NCBI GenBank assembly: GCA_963693055.1
Contig: OY843751.1
Span: 3,456,001 to 3,520,000, forward strand
Direction: 5' to 3'
Source of the DNA: a bacterium
Lineage (GTDB): Bacteria; Zhuqueibacterota; Zhuqueibacteria; Residuimicrobiales; Krinioviventaceae
DNA length: 64,000 nt
Both the position numbers and the translations under genes were made by a program. Every line of letters begins with the position of its first letter. Position 1 is the first letter of the stretch. A model generated the notes under the pieces. That model was given only the letters and a program-made list of their open reading frames with translations, did no database searches and had not been told where the DNA came from. Below are positions 9,789-19,825 of the stretch, in pieces.

Positions 9789-11501
9789 TTAATAGATTTC
9801 AACATTATCAAGCGGTGAACCATCATCACGGGTTATTCGGAGATACAATCCCCAGTTCAATTCTGAATTACATACTTTGATCAACACCTTGTTCTCGCCC
9901 TTGTTCAAGCGGACAGACAGAATATCAGAATCCGGGGCGGCAGAACGTTCAATATTCTTAGCAAACAACTTTTGACCGTTAAACCACAATGTTGCCGTAT
10001 CATTGGTACCCAGTCGTATCTGAGCATCCTGTTCAATTGTGCTGTTCACAGATATGTACGCATAAGCACAAACCCATTCGGTAGGTTGAAAATGTTTTCT
10101 AAAATCAAGATATCCACTGACCGGGTCAACCTTGCATTGCTGCCATTTCAATGCTTTATCTTTTACCGTATATTCCGCATGGATATCTGTTTTTGTTTCT
10201 GGTGGAAATTCAGTATCAAAATTATTACAGGATTCACATCCAAAGGGACCCACAATATGGAATTCTGATACAAATCCCAATTCCGCATTAAACGCATCAA
10301 CTTGACGGGTTTTTGCAAGCTCGACAAGATTTTGAATTGCAGGAGTAGAGATCCATTTTTCTTTAACAACATTGAGGTATTGATCAAATTGGGGGTCCAA
10401 AGGCAATACGGAATTACCCACCTTGCCATATTTTTCAACATCTGCCTGATCAAACTGCCACCAGGTGGCACCATGCCCATAGATCCAGCAATATTTTTTA
10501 CTGCCCAGTAGAATACCTGCATACTGATTTTTAAAATCCTCAACGGAAAAACGACTGCTCTTGTCCGCATAAGAGCCAACCAAAGAATCACCAAAGGTCT
10601 CTTTTTTACCGGACCACCCTAAAAACTCGCCATCTTTATCAACGATCTCGCGGTAATAGCCTAGCGGCCAGCCCGCCAAAGAAACACCACACGTTTTCAT
10701 CCAGTAATCCTGAGCTTTGGGGCTAATCGCATCCAAAATTTTTGATTCCAGTTCGAATGCATAATGTAAAAGTCCAAAGGTGCTGACCATGTCATAAGAC
10801 AATTCAGTCAAAACAAACAACCCACCGGGAGCCTGTTGTTCTGCCATTGCCTCAAGCCAACCGGTAAACAGTGCCTTTGCTATAGGGCCATAAAAGGTAA
10901 TACTTTCCGGAAGGGTGAGATAAACCATATCCGGATATTCTTTCAACATGGCGTTGACCATTTCATATCCGCGTTTGTTAGCGGCAGTTATCAAGTCTTG
11001 TTGAGAATATCCTTTATAATCATACCCCTGCCAATTAAACTGATATTGCTCGTTAACATATTCAATATCCAGGGATATCCCTTTACAGCCGGATAGTTTT
11101 GCAAAGCGAGCAGCCTCGGCAAAATTCTTTATAATTCCTTCCCATGCAGCATTATCGGTCCAAAGGGGTACATGTTTATAAAAAGCGATTTTGATAAAAT
11201 TATCGGTAATACCTGCCTTTCGACACATATCGTTACAGTTTTTTATCCGCTGAAATGTAGCATCAGATTCATTTCGACTCGATGGATCACCATCCTGTGC
11301 CCAGATATCATCACCCCAGTTGGCCATGATCCCGGACAACAAGAACCCATCAAATCCATTCTGCTTCCATTCAACCGCTGTGTCAGCCAGATATTCAGGT
11401 GAAATAGGACTAAACAGCAGGGTTTTGGGTAAATCCTGCTGTTTATTGTTTGTACAACATAAAAACATGGATACTGCGATGAAAACAAAAAGCTTTTTCA
11501 T
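9789..11501 (-). CDS. Lipoprotein, putative TIM-barrel glycosidase-like domain + C-terminal PA14/galactose-binding-like module
   Basis: Lipobox MFLCC; GISLDIEY; C-terminal VGPF..YAYISV..LGTNDTATLWFNG..LNKGENKVLIKV module. Confidence 0.65.
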   Translation of the reverse strand: MKKLFVFIAVSMFLCCTNNKQQDLPKTLLFSPISPEYLADTAVEWKQNGFDGFLLSGIMANWGDDIWAQDGDPSSRNESDATFQRIKNCNDMCRKAGITDNFIKIAFYKHVPLWTDNAAWEGIIKNFAEAARFAKLSGCKGISLDIEYVNEQYQFNWQGYDYKGYSQQDLITAANKRGYEMVNAMLKEYPDMVYLTLPESITFYGPIAKALFTGWLEAMAEQQAPGGLFVLTELSYDMVSTFGLLHYAFELESKILDAISPKAQDYWMKTCGVSLAGWPLGYYREIVDKDGEFLGWSGKKETFGDSLVGSYADKSSRFSVEDFKNQYAGILLGSKKYCWIYGHGATWWQFDQADVEKYGKVGNSVLPLDPQFDQYLNVVKEKWISTPAIQNLVELAKTRQVDAFNAELGFVSEFHIVGPFGCESCNNFDTEFPPETKTDIHAEYTVKDKALKWQQCKVDPVSGYLDFRKHFQPTEWVCAYAYISVNSTIEQDAQIRLGTNDTATLWFNGQKLFAKNIERSAAPDSDILSVRLNKGENKVLIKVCNSELNWGLYLRITRDDGSPLDNVEIY

Positions 11502-11535
11502 TTCTCAATCCTGTTTTAATAATTTATTTGTTTAT

Positions 11536-11934
11536 TTATTTATTCAACCACTGCACAAACTCGAGCACATTATTGTCCGGATCTGTTATATACAGCCAGG
11601 TTACCATATCTGGAATCAGCATGGGGCCTTTAAGGATATCTATTTGAGCAGATTTCAACTTTTCCACCAGTGCTTCCAGATTATCCGTCCCAATGGCCAT
11701 ATGCGGACTGTACGGCGGTTTAATTTCATTTTCAGGCGCCGGTATGGGGTTATTTTTCTCGTCCAGCAGTTGCAATAACTCAATGTTGCATCCATCGAGT
11801 TTTAAAAAAGCAAATGCCTCGTGGTGCTCCTCATCCACGGTTTTGGACATGAGCTCCAGTCCCAGTTTTTCCTGATAAAATTTTATCGAAACATCCAGAT
11901 CAGAGACCTGAAACGCGAAATGATCAGCAAACAT
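11536..11934 (-). CDS. VOC/glyoxalase-family protein
   Basis: DHFAFQVSDLDVSIKFY...IELLQ...HMAI...YITDPDNNVLEF metal-binding H/E/H/E pattern. Confidence 0.9.
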   Translation of the reverse strand: MFADHFAFQVSDLDVSIKFYQEKLGLELMSKTVDEEHHEAFAFLKLDGCNIELLQLLDEKNNPIPAPENEIKPPYSPHMAIGTDNLEALVEKLKSAQIDILKGPMLIPDMVTWLYITDPDNNVLEFVQWLNK

Positions 11935-11950
11935 TACGTTCCTCCAGTTC

Positions 11951-14512
11951 TTATTCTATACTGTCCATAAGATCATGAAATTCTTTACTACGCAATTGAT
12001 GGCGTTCAGCATAATGGGTTATACCTTCCCGTTCAACAATTTCACAAAAACGGGCATAGCTTCCATCATGTTTTGATTGTTGTGGAAAATATAAACATTT
12101 GAGATACAATATTGGTAACCGGGCCACTTCTACACGTTCCAAAACATCCTGGTTGTCTGCAATTCTTTCAGCACGATCGAAAATTTCACCGGCTTGGATG
12201 ATAAAAGATTCCGTAAATATCTTGTCTTCCGGTTTCATAAATAAATGGATATGCGTTAAAGGTGTTACAAGCCCCTGCAGTAAATCAAAATATTCACGAA
12301 TATACTGTCCACTGCGCCCATAATAACCATAGATAAAGTCATTTACCACTGTTTCCACATCACAATCGGGGTTCCAAAGTAATTTAGAGATTAAATAGGC
12401 TCTTAGCTCGGCAAACTCACCGCCGCGACTTTGATATGCCGCCTGTTCCATAATCCCTATTGCGTTATTCTCTTGAAAAGTCTTTATATTTTCCTGCAAT
12501 ACTCCAAAGTTGGGATACGGCATAATATAATGACCAAAATTCACAACATAATCCCAAATATACATATGCGGCGCAATAGCAGACCAGCCTTGCAGATCAT
12601 CAATAAAAGACTGGTTTAACGGACAGGATTTAAAATCATGTGAAAAACAACATTCAATACTGCAAAGACGGATAACCACATTTTCCCGCGGCTTTATATT
12701 TTTACAGGGCTTGCGGGTATATTGATATGCAAGTGTACCTACATATTTATCTGGAAATTCTTTTTCAATCTCTTTTGCAATCTTGTTCACAAACCAGATT
12801 AACGGCCCGGCTTCACTTTCTTCTTTCCGTGCGATTTTCTGGCAATTTTCACATTGACATGGATTTTGCCAGTCGTTCTGTGACACGGAATAAATTAAAC
12901 AATCGGGATTGTCAAGCATGGCCTGTTTGAGGCGCTTTGTAACAATCTTGAAGACATCAGGATTAGTGAGACACAGCTGCGCATGATCATGAACACGTTT
13001 GCCATCAATCAAACTGTAATATTCCGGGTGCTCGTCATAAAATTCTGTTGGCGGCATAAAGCGGTAAAAAGTATGTACGGCCCAGTATCCTTCCACTCCA
13101 CCAGGTTGTTTACGGCTGTTCATGGCCCCGTTCACACGGTTCCGGGCCGCCCAAACCGGATCAAAGGCTTCATAATAAAAATCGTTACGTACACGTATGC
13201 CCGGGGATTCATGGTTATAAAAATAAGTGAATTCAAATTTATCTTTTTCAGGAACATTTGTTACCTGCGGGGTATACCAGCGGAGCCCAAGCTCATTTTC
13301 CAGAAAATCAAATACTCCGTACATAGTACCCCGTTGACTGCCGCCCCAAATTAAAATATGATTACCAATATTTTTATAGGTAAAGGCTTCTGACATTGCA
13401 TCTGGTTTGTGTATATCATTCGGAAACATCTCCAACACATCCGGATGACATCCAACAATGATGGACGGGATTGACTCTTTAAACTGATTTACAATAGGGA
13501 AAAAAGCACCACTGACTTTGTTGAGCCAATGCTGAAGATCACGTGCAGCCCATTGCTCGGACTCTGACGCGTTAACATCCACAACAATAGCATACTTTGA
13601 TTTGCGGTTGTTGAAAAGCTCAAAAATCTGACGATTACCCGCACTAAATAAATGGAATTCCTGGAATGACTGACCATCTATAAACTTTGCCGTAATTGAC
13701 AAATCGAATTCTCCGTATCGTTCTGTCGGCACAGAAAGGGCCAGATCCTGTTCGGTCCCTAATTTGCCTTGCCATATAATTGAATCCGGAGCAAATTTGG
13801 GAGTAATTGTAACAAGATTTTCCTTAAACAATGAGGCTAAATTGCGTTTATCATATTTAAAATGCAGAACCGGTTTAGCATCCAAAGTCAAAACAGTAAA
13901 AAAAGAACCCGCCCCTAAATCCGAATCAAAAGATAGAAATCGGGTACAAAAAGCCCATACATTGCCCAACTCTTCAATCTTGAGTAGTAAAGTATTTCTC
14001 CCCTTTTTTATAACCACTGGGACCAGACCTTCATCAGGATTGAGTCCACCGGGTCTTGCTTCGTCCCAAACCAACATACCGTTAAACCAGACCCTTCCGC
14101 CATCATTACAGGCAACGGACAAATAGCATATCTGGTCCTTTTCCGCAATGATTTCTCTAAACGCATAAGCGCAAACATTTTCATCAGTAGAAACAAAATC
14201 ATCCAGAACAATGACAGAATCCGGCGCAGCAATCTCTTTAAAAACCAGCTTTTCTCCATTTACAGAGATCATTGTCCCCGCTGTTAAAACAGGATTTTCT
14301 TCTCCTCCGATACCTGCGAGGTAATCGGTTTCAAATCCAGGGATGTGCTGTTGGTCAAGTTCATTATCTTTGGGAGACTCTAAATGAATAGGCCCGCAAA
14401 CAGTCCATTCTTTCATCCACTCTCCCATTTCAAACTCGTATTCGGTAGCAAAAAGATTAACTGATAAAAATACAAATAATATTAATATCAGAAAATTGGG
14501 TTTCGATCTCAT
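11951..14512 (-). CDS. DUF4838 domain putative glycoside hydrolase with N-terminal PA14-like and GH20/GH67-N-like domains (paralog 1)
   Basis: Start likely ATG 14512 (GGAG RBS); GTMYGVFDFLENELGLRWYTP, HTF..F..HPEYYSL, QLCLTNP, SQND..CQC..C, TLAYQYT, YIWDY, LLWNP. Confidence 0.8.
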   Translation of the reverse strand: MRSKPNFLILILFVFLSVNLFATEYEFEMGEWMKEWTVCGPIHLESPKDNELDQQHIPGFETDYLAGIGGEENPVLTAGTMISVNGEKLVFKEIAAPDSVIVLDDFVSTDENVCAYAFREIIAEKDQICYLSVACNDGGRVWFNGMLVWDEARPGGLNPDEGLVPVVIKKGRNTLLLKIEELGNVWAFCTRFLSFDSDLGAGSFFTVLTLDAKPVLHFKYDKRNLASLFKENLVTITPKFAPDSIIWQGKLGTEQDLALSVPTERYGEFDLSITAKFIDGQSFQEFHLFSAGNRQIFELFNNRKSKYAIVVDVNASESEQWAARDLQHWLNKVSGAFFPIVNQFKESIPSIIVGCHPDVLEMFPNDIHKPDAMSEAFTYKNIGNHILIWGGSQRGTMYGVFDFLENELGLRWYTPQVTNVPEKDKFEFTYFYNHESPGIRVRNDFYYEAFDPVWAARNRVNGAMNSRKQPGGVEGYWAVHTFYRFMPPTEFYDEHPEYYSLIDGKRVHDHAQLCLTNPDVFKIVTKRLKQAMLDNPDCLIYSVSQNDWQNPCQCENCQKIARKEESEAGPLIWFVNKIAKEIEKEFPDKYVGTLAYQYTRKPCKNIKPRENVVIRLCSIECCFSHDFKSCPLNQSFIDDLQGWSAIAPHMYIWDYVVNFGHYIMPYPNFGVLQENIKTFQENNAIGIMEQAAYQSRGGEFAELRAYLISKLLWNPDCDVETVVNDFIYGYYGRSGQYIREYFDLLQGLVTPLTHIHLFMKPEDKIFTESFIIQAGEIFDRAERIADNQDVLERVEVARLPILYLKCLYFPQQSKHDGSYARFCEIVEREGITHYAERHQLRSKEFHDLMDSIE

Positions 14513-14569
14513 CATCACTCCAAAAAAATTTATAATTTTCACTTTTAATATTGAGATTATTAATTGGAC

Positions 14570-17122
14570 CTATTTAGCATATTCCATAAATTGATGAAAT
14601 GCATTTTTATGTTCCAAACCATGTTCAGCGTAATGCGTAATACCCTCCCTTTCCGTTATCTCACAAAAACGGGAATATGTCCCATCCTGTTTAGATTGCA
14701 GGGGGTATCGCAAACATTTCAAATACATTAACGGCAGTCTGGCCACCTCTACACGCTGCAGTATTTCCTGATCATCTGCAACGGCCTCCGCACGATCAAA
14801 AATATCACTAGCCTTATATATAAAAGAATCAGGAAAAATCTTGTCTTCGGGAGTAAGGCCCAAATGGATATGGGTATTTGGTTTTACAAGGTCATGAAGT
14901 AAATTAAAATAATCATGAACAAACTTTCCACTACGTCCATAATATCCATACATAAAGTCATCAATTACATCATCCACATCACAATCGGGATTCCACAAGA
15001 GTTTCGAGATTACATAGGCACGTAATTCAGCAAACTCGCCTCCACGACTCTGATAAGCAGCCTGTTCCATAATACCTATGGCATTGTTTTCACGGAATGT
15101 TTTAATATTCTCTTGTAAAACACCAAAATTGGGATACGGCATTATGTAGTGGCTAAAATTCACTACATAATCCCATATATACATATGCGGAGCAATTGCT
15201 GACCAGCCTTGTAGATCATCCATAAAGGATTGATTTTCAGGACAGGATTTAAAATCATGCGCAAAGCAACATTCAATGCTGCACAAGCGGATAACGACAT
15301 TTTCTCTCGGCTTGATATTTTTACAGGGCTTGCGGGTATACTGATATGCAAGTGTGCCCACATATTTATCTGGAAATTCTTTTTCAATATCTTTGGCTAC
15401 CTTGTTAACAAACCAAATCAATGGTCCTGCTTCAGTCTCTTCTTCCTTTGCAATTTTCTGACATTTTTCGCATTGGCAGGGATTATAATAGTCATTTTGT
15501 GATACAGAAAAAATCAAGCAATCTGGATTTTCACGCATCGCTTGTTTTAGGCGTTTTGTGATAATCTTGAACACATCTGGATTAGTAAGACAGAGTTGAG
15601 CGCGCTCATGAATACGTTTGCCATCAATCAAGCTATAGTATTCGGGGTGCTCATCATAAAATTCTGTTGGAGGCATAAACCGATAAAAGGTATGCACAGC
15701 CCAGTAACCTTCTACACCGCCGGGTTGTTCACGGCTATTCATTGCACCATTTACACGGTTTCTCGCCGCCCAAACCGGATCAAAGGCTTCATAATAAAAA
15801 TCATTGCGCACCCGAATTCCTGGTGCCTCTTTATGATTCAAATAGTCAAAGACATATTCGTCTTTTTGCGGCGCTGATGTAACCTGTGGCGTATACCAGC
15901 GTAAACCCAGTTCATTTTCCAAAAAGCTGAGCACACCATACATGGTACCACGTTGAGGATCACCCCATATATATATATGTTGTCCTATAGTTTCATAAAT
16001 AAAAGATTCTGACAAAATATCAGATTTCTTCAAGATTTCAGGGCTTACAAACGGATTAAAGCCAATAACTATTGAAGGCTTTTTAGGATGGAATCTATTC
16101 ACTATTGGAAAAAACGCACCGCTAACCTCGTTTAACCAGTGCTGCAACTCTTTTGCAGCCCATTGTTCAGAATCTGAAGCCTTGTCATCAACCACAATAA
16201 CATATGGGGTTTTGCGGTTTTTAAACAGGGTATATTCTTTTCGCTCCCCTACACCAAACGTATGGGTTTCTCTCCATTGCTGTCCATCTGCAAATTGTGC
16301 GGTAAAAGTCAATTGATACATTTGATAAATTTTTGACTCAACAGGTAGAATATTCTCTTTCACAGGGTCCAGTGTTCCCTTCCAGATAACGGTTTCCGGA
16401 GAGTCTAACAATGACACCTGGATAATTGTATCTTTGAATAATGACTTTAATACACCGTCATCATACTTGAAACGCATGACAGCATGATTATTCTGATTCA
16501 ACATTTTAAAATATGAAACGGGACGAATTTTTGATTCTATTGGTAAAAAACGGGCACAAAACGCCCACACATTGGCTCGTTCTTCAACTTTGAAAAGCAG
16601 TGTATTTTTCCCTTTTTTCAACAAAACAGGTAATAAAATATCATCTGCGGTTACTCCCCTTGGTTCAGGACGGTCCCAGATTTGGGTCCCGTTTAACCAT
16701 ACACGACCTCCGTCATTACATCCCAGAGACAAAAAGCAAACCTGATCATTAGGAGAATTAATTTCCCGGTACATATAGGCACAGACAATATCTTCTTTAC
16801 TTATAAAATCATCCAGACTAATAACAGAATCAGTTGCAACAATATCTTTAAATATCAAAGTATTGCCATTTACAGATATTGATTGACCGTTTACAATGTT
16901 AGGATTTCTCTCTCCGCCTATAGATACAAGATAATCGGTCTCAAATCCGGGAATATGCTCCTGAGTAAGATCGGAATGATTGCCAGGTTGAAGCTGAATA
17001 GGACCACTAACGGTCCATTCTTTCATCCATTGGCCCATTTTTAAATCTGCGCTAAATGCACACATATTTACAAGCAGTAAAAACAACAATACGACTAAAA
17101 GGGTGCGGTGTATTGCTCGCAT
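14570..17122 (-). CDS. DUF4838 domain putative glycoside hydrolase (paralog 2)
   Basis: Start likely ATG 17122 (GGAG RBS, MRAIHR signal peptide); same motifs as 11951-14512 with a near-identical core. Confidence 0.8.
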   Translation of the reverse strand: MRAIHRTLLVVLLFLLLVNMCAFSADLKMGQWMKEWTVSGPIQLQPGNHSDLTQEHIPGFETDYLVSIGGERNPNIVNGQSISVNGNTLIFKDIVATDSVISLDDFISKEDIVCAYMYREINSPNDQVCFLSLGCNDGGRVWLNGTQIWDRPEPRGVTADDILLPVLLKKGKNTLLFKVEERANVWAFCARFLPIESKIRPVSYFKMLNQNNHAVMRFKYDDGVLKSLFKDTIIQVSLLDSPETVIWKGTLDPVKENILPVESKIYQMYQLTFTAQFADGQQWRETHTFGVGERKEYTLFKNRKTPYVIVVDDKASDSEQWAAKELQHWLNEVSGAFFPIVNRFHPKKPSIVIGFNPFVSPEILKKSDILSESFIYETIGQHIYIWGDPQRGTMYGVLSFLENELGLRWYTPQVTSAPQKDEYVFDYLNHKEAPGIRVRNDFYYEAFDPVWAARNRVNGAMNSREQPGGVEGYWAVHTFYRFMPPTEFYDEHPEYYSLIDGKRIHERAQLCLTNPDVFKIITKRLKQAMRENPDCLIFSVSQNDYYNPCQCEKCQKIAKEEETEAGPLIWFVNKVAKDIEKEFPDKYVGTLAYQYTRKPCKNIKPRENVVIRLCSIECCFAHDFKSCPENQSFMDDLQGWSAIAPHMYIWDYVVNFSHYIMPYPNFGVLQENIKTFRENNAIGIMEQAAYQSRGGEFAELRAYVISKLLWNPDCDVDDVIDDFMYGYYGRSGKFVHDYFNLLHDLVKPNTHIHLGLTPEDKIFPDSFIYKASDIFDRAEAVADDQEILQRVEVARLPLMYLKCLRYPLQSKQDGTYSRFCEITEREGITHYAEHGLEHKNAFHQFMEYAK

Positions 17123-17141
17123 TTTGACTCCGGTGTTTGGG

Positions 17142-17177
17142 TAAAAGCCGGGACAGGGGTAGAACATAGTCCCGGCT
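17142..17177 (-). terminator. Intra-operon hairpin, putative intrinsic terminator or mRNA stabiliser after the DUF1080 gene
   Basis: Minus strand AGCCGGGAC-N14-GTCCCGGCT followed by a short T run. Confidence 0.55.
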
Positions 17178-17185
17178 GGGTAATA

Positions 17186-17779
17186 TTATTTGCTTAAATC
17201 ACGACAATAGAGATCTTTGGCTTCAATGGTCATACCGGGATTATGTCCCTGAATTGCAAAATGACCTTTGGTGTATTCTGCATCTTGCCAATCTGTCATC
17301 AATTGATCATTGATCCAGATCTGAATGTGGCTGCCAACAGCTTTAACTTTCATGGTAAACCATTCTTCATCTTTGGTAATCAGTTCTTTGGCCTTGCCGG
17401 TGGGGGTACCGGGTTTCCACAGCCAACCGGTAAAAGCATCGCCCCTATTGGTGATTTGTGCTTCATAACCACGGGGAAAACCATCCGGATTGTCTTCAGG
17501 GGGATTAGCGCGGAAATAAAATCCGCTGTTTCCATTTGCACTGACTTTGAACGTACCTTTTACTTCAAGATCGGTTAAAACGGGATCCGCGTAAATATGG
17601 CCCATTCCACCTTCTCCAACCAATACACCATCAACCACTTTCCATTCTGCTTTACCTCGCACGGTCCATCCGTCAAGATTTTCACCGTTAAACAAAGATA
17701 CCCATTCAGGCTCTTTTTCAACCGCACATGACATGAACATAGCTGCAAGCAGTACAGTCAACAACATGATTTTTTTCAT
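17186..17779 (-). CDS. DUF1080 (3-keto-disaccharide hydrolase-like) lipoprotein
   Basis: Lipobox FMSC; WVSLFNGENLDGW, GNSGFYFR, GYEAQI, GHFAIQGH. Confidence 0.9.
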   Translation of the reverse strand: MKKIMLLTVLLAAMFMSCAVEKEPEWVSLFNGENLDGWTVRGKAEWKVVDGVLVGEGGMGHIYADPVLTDLEVKGTFKVSANGNSGFYFRANPPEDNPDGFPRGYEAQITNRGDAFTGWLWKPGTPTGKAKELITKDEEWFTMKVKAVGSHIQIWINDQLMTDWQDAEYTKGHFAIQGHNPGMTIEAKDLYCRDLSK

Positions 17780-17818
17780 TGTCCTTCTCCTTGTAAAAAG
17801 TAATGTAACAGGTTATTA

Positions 17819-18895
17819 TTAATTATATCTTTTTGAAATTGCTTTACACGTATTAATAAAAAATAAAATTCTATCATCAGGCGTACCCGCTTCTATATCA
17901 GCGGCTACAATATCACATGGACCGTAATCCGTTGCAATTCTTTCCAGGTCTGCCAGGATTTCCTGATACGATTTATTCGCAAGGTCCATAGGCGTATACA
18001 TGATAGCACGACGTGCCTGGGGAAACAACTCTTTTGATTTGACCAAATCAGAATGCAGTCCCATATCAATATATCCTACATTGGGGATTTCAGCATAACT
18101 TTCAAGATAGGGATCAGCCGTCCATGCGCAATTGTGAATACCAATACATCCAAATTCTTCCGCAAGTCGTTTATCAAATGGCAGCACAAATTCTCGATAT
18201 AGATCCGCAGACAACATATTAACCAGACAATTACTGATGGTAAAAAATGACACCTTGAAACCGGCATCCGCCTGAACTTTGTAGAGGCGCTTTGCCGCAT
18301 CTGTCATGGTTTTATAAACACATTCAAACAAATGCTTAACCAACTCGGGACGTTCATACATGTCCATGAATAGTTGCTGGCCCCGCAAACGCTGGGCATT
18401 GTTCAAGATACCCTGCCAGTTGATAAAACCGGTTACGCTCCCTTGCATCGTTTTGATTTGTACAACCTGCTCCAGCAGTGCATTGAAAAATGGATTGCTA
18501 TCCAAATCAGGAGGAACAAGCTCTGACATTTGCTCATCCGTAAAATAATTTGATTCATAGGCTGGCCAATTCTGTTTTTCGTATCGGATGGGTATTCCAT
18601 AAATCCCGGCAATTGTACAAGCACCATGTGTACCTGTCAATAAATCCAGGGGTAAATCCGTATTGCCGAAATGCGTATCAGGAAACCGTTGATTTAATAT
18701 CCGTCGCATATCAAGAACAGATTCTTTGCGATAGACAGGATCAGTATGCCAACGTTCACCAAAATCAATATCCAGATATTGACGATACCATGCCGGTGTA
18801 AATCCGATTTCAGGGCGCAGATAGGGTAATTCTCCATCAACCGGACGACGTGTTGCCGGTGCTGCAGGTGCAATATAACTAGAGAGTTGGTTCAA
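17819..18895 (-). CDS. Uroporphyrinogen decarboxylase / MtaA-CmuA-like TIM-barrel protein
   Basis: AQRLRGQQLFMDMYERPELVKHL, MLS.DLYREFVLPFD, GIHNC (HxC), C-terminal AGTPDDRI; TTG start. Confidence 0.75.
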   Translation of the reverse strand: MNQLSSYIAPAAPATRRPVDGELPYLRPEIGFTPAWYRQYLDIDFGERWHTDPVYRKESVLDMRRILNQRFPDTHFGNTDLPLDLLTGTHGACTIAGIYGIPIRYEKQNWPAYESNYFTDEQMSELVPPDLDSNPFFNALLEQVVQIKTMQGSVTGFINWQGILNNAQRLRGQQLFMDMYERPELVKHLFECVYKTMTDAAKRLYKVQADAGFKVSFFTISNCLVNMLSADLYREFVLPFDKRLAEEFGCIGIHNCAWTADPYLESYAEIPNVGYIDMGLHSDLVKSKELFPQARRAIMYTPMDLANKSYQEILADLERIATDYGPCDIVAADIEAGTPDDRILFFINTCKAISKRYN

Positions 18896-18898
18896 AAA

Positions 18899-19816
18899 TC
18901 ATTTTCCTTTGATGTCAAGGCTGGTGATTAAATCAATAACACGATTGATCAACAAATCAGCAGTTTTTTCATGGATTGTATCAAAAGTCAGAATTGGTTC
19001 TCTGACGTTTGAGGTTGTGTATATTCCCTGCTTGTATAGCAGTCGTTTAAAAAAGTGTATGGATATATCCAAATGTTGATTAGCAAATGCAAGAACGGGC
19101 AAAAGTTTGTAAAACAGGGATTTTGCCTGTTCAATTTTATTCTCTTTATATAATCTGTAAATTTCACAATAAATCTCGTGCATACCGGTGGGCATGAATG
19201 CATGCACACCCCGATCCAATCCTTCTATCATTTGCTGAACCGCCCAACCTCCGGAAACGTTCAGTCTGTCCTGGGTTGCGGCTAGTATCTCGCTGTATTT
19301 TACTCCTGCGGGCACGACTTCAATTTTCAAGCACCTGAATGCATCCACCGTATCAAACAAATCGCAGATCAAGGGGACAGGTAAACCATACCCGCCAAAA
19401 TCCCAGTCCTGCAGCATGATCATATCAACATCCATTTCTGCAATGCGATACAGATCAGAGCGATACTGATTTTCATCCTGAAATGGTATTTGCAGCAGAA
19501 TATTTTTACAACCCGTTTGAATCAGATCCTGAACAATCTGAATGCGCTTTTCAACATCCAGTTCGCCCGCACCGCCAATGACCGGCACCCTGTTATCGAC
19601 CTGTTCCAGCACTGTGGAAACAATGTCTCTGCGTTCCTTACGGGATAATTTATATACTTCGGATGCCATTGCCGGTACCAGAAAGCCACCAACACCGGCC
19701 TGGATAGCATTTTCCACATTTCGTTTTAATCCGGAAAAATCTATCCGATCCTCTCTAGTAAAAGGAGTATTGAGTACCGTAACAATCCCAAACAATGGGT
19801 ATAATTCTTTTATCAT
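18899..19816 (-). CDS. DapA/NanA-like class I aldolase (dihydrodipicolinate synthase family)
   Basis: TPFTREDRIDFSGLKRNV, SEVYKLS..ER, RVPVIGG, Schiff-base lysine in CLKIE. Confidence 0.85.
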   Translation of the reverse strand: MIKELYPLFGIVTVLNTPFTREDRIDFSGLKRNVENAIQAGVGGFLVPAMASEVYKLSRKERRDIVSTVLEQVDNRVPVIGGAGELDVEKRIQIVQDLIQTGCKNILLQIPFQDENQYRSDLYRIAEMDVDMIMLQDWDFGGYGLPVPLICDLFDTVDAFRCLKIEVVPAGVKYSEILAATQDRLNVSGGWAVQQMIEGLDRGVHAFMPTGMHEIYCEIYRLYKENKIEQAKSLFYKLLPVLAFANQHLDISIHFFKRLLYKQGIYTTSNVREPILTFDTIHEKTADLLINRVIDLITSLDIKGK

Positions 19817-19825
19817 TTCATCGAT

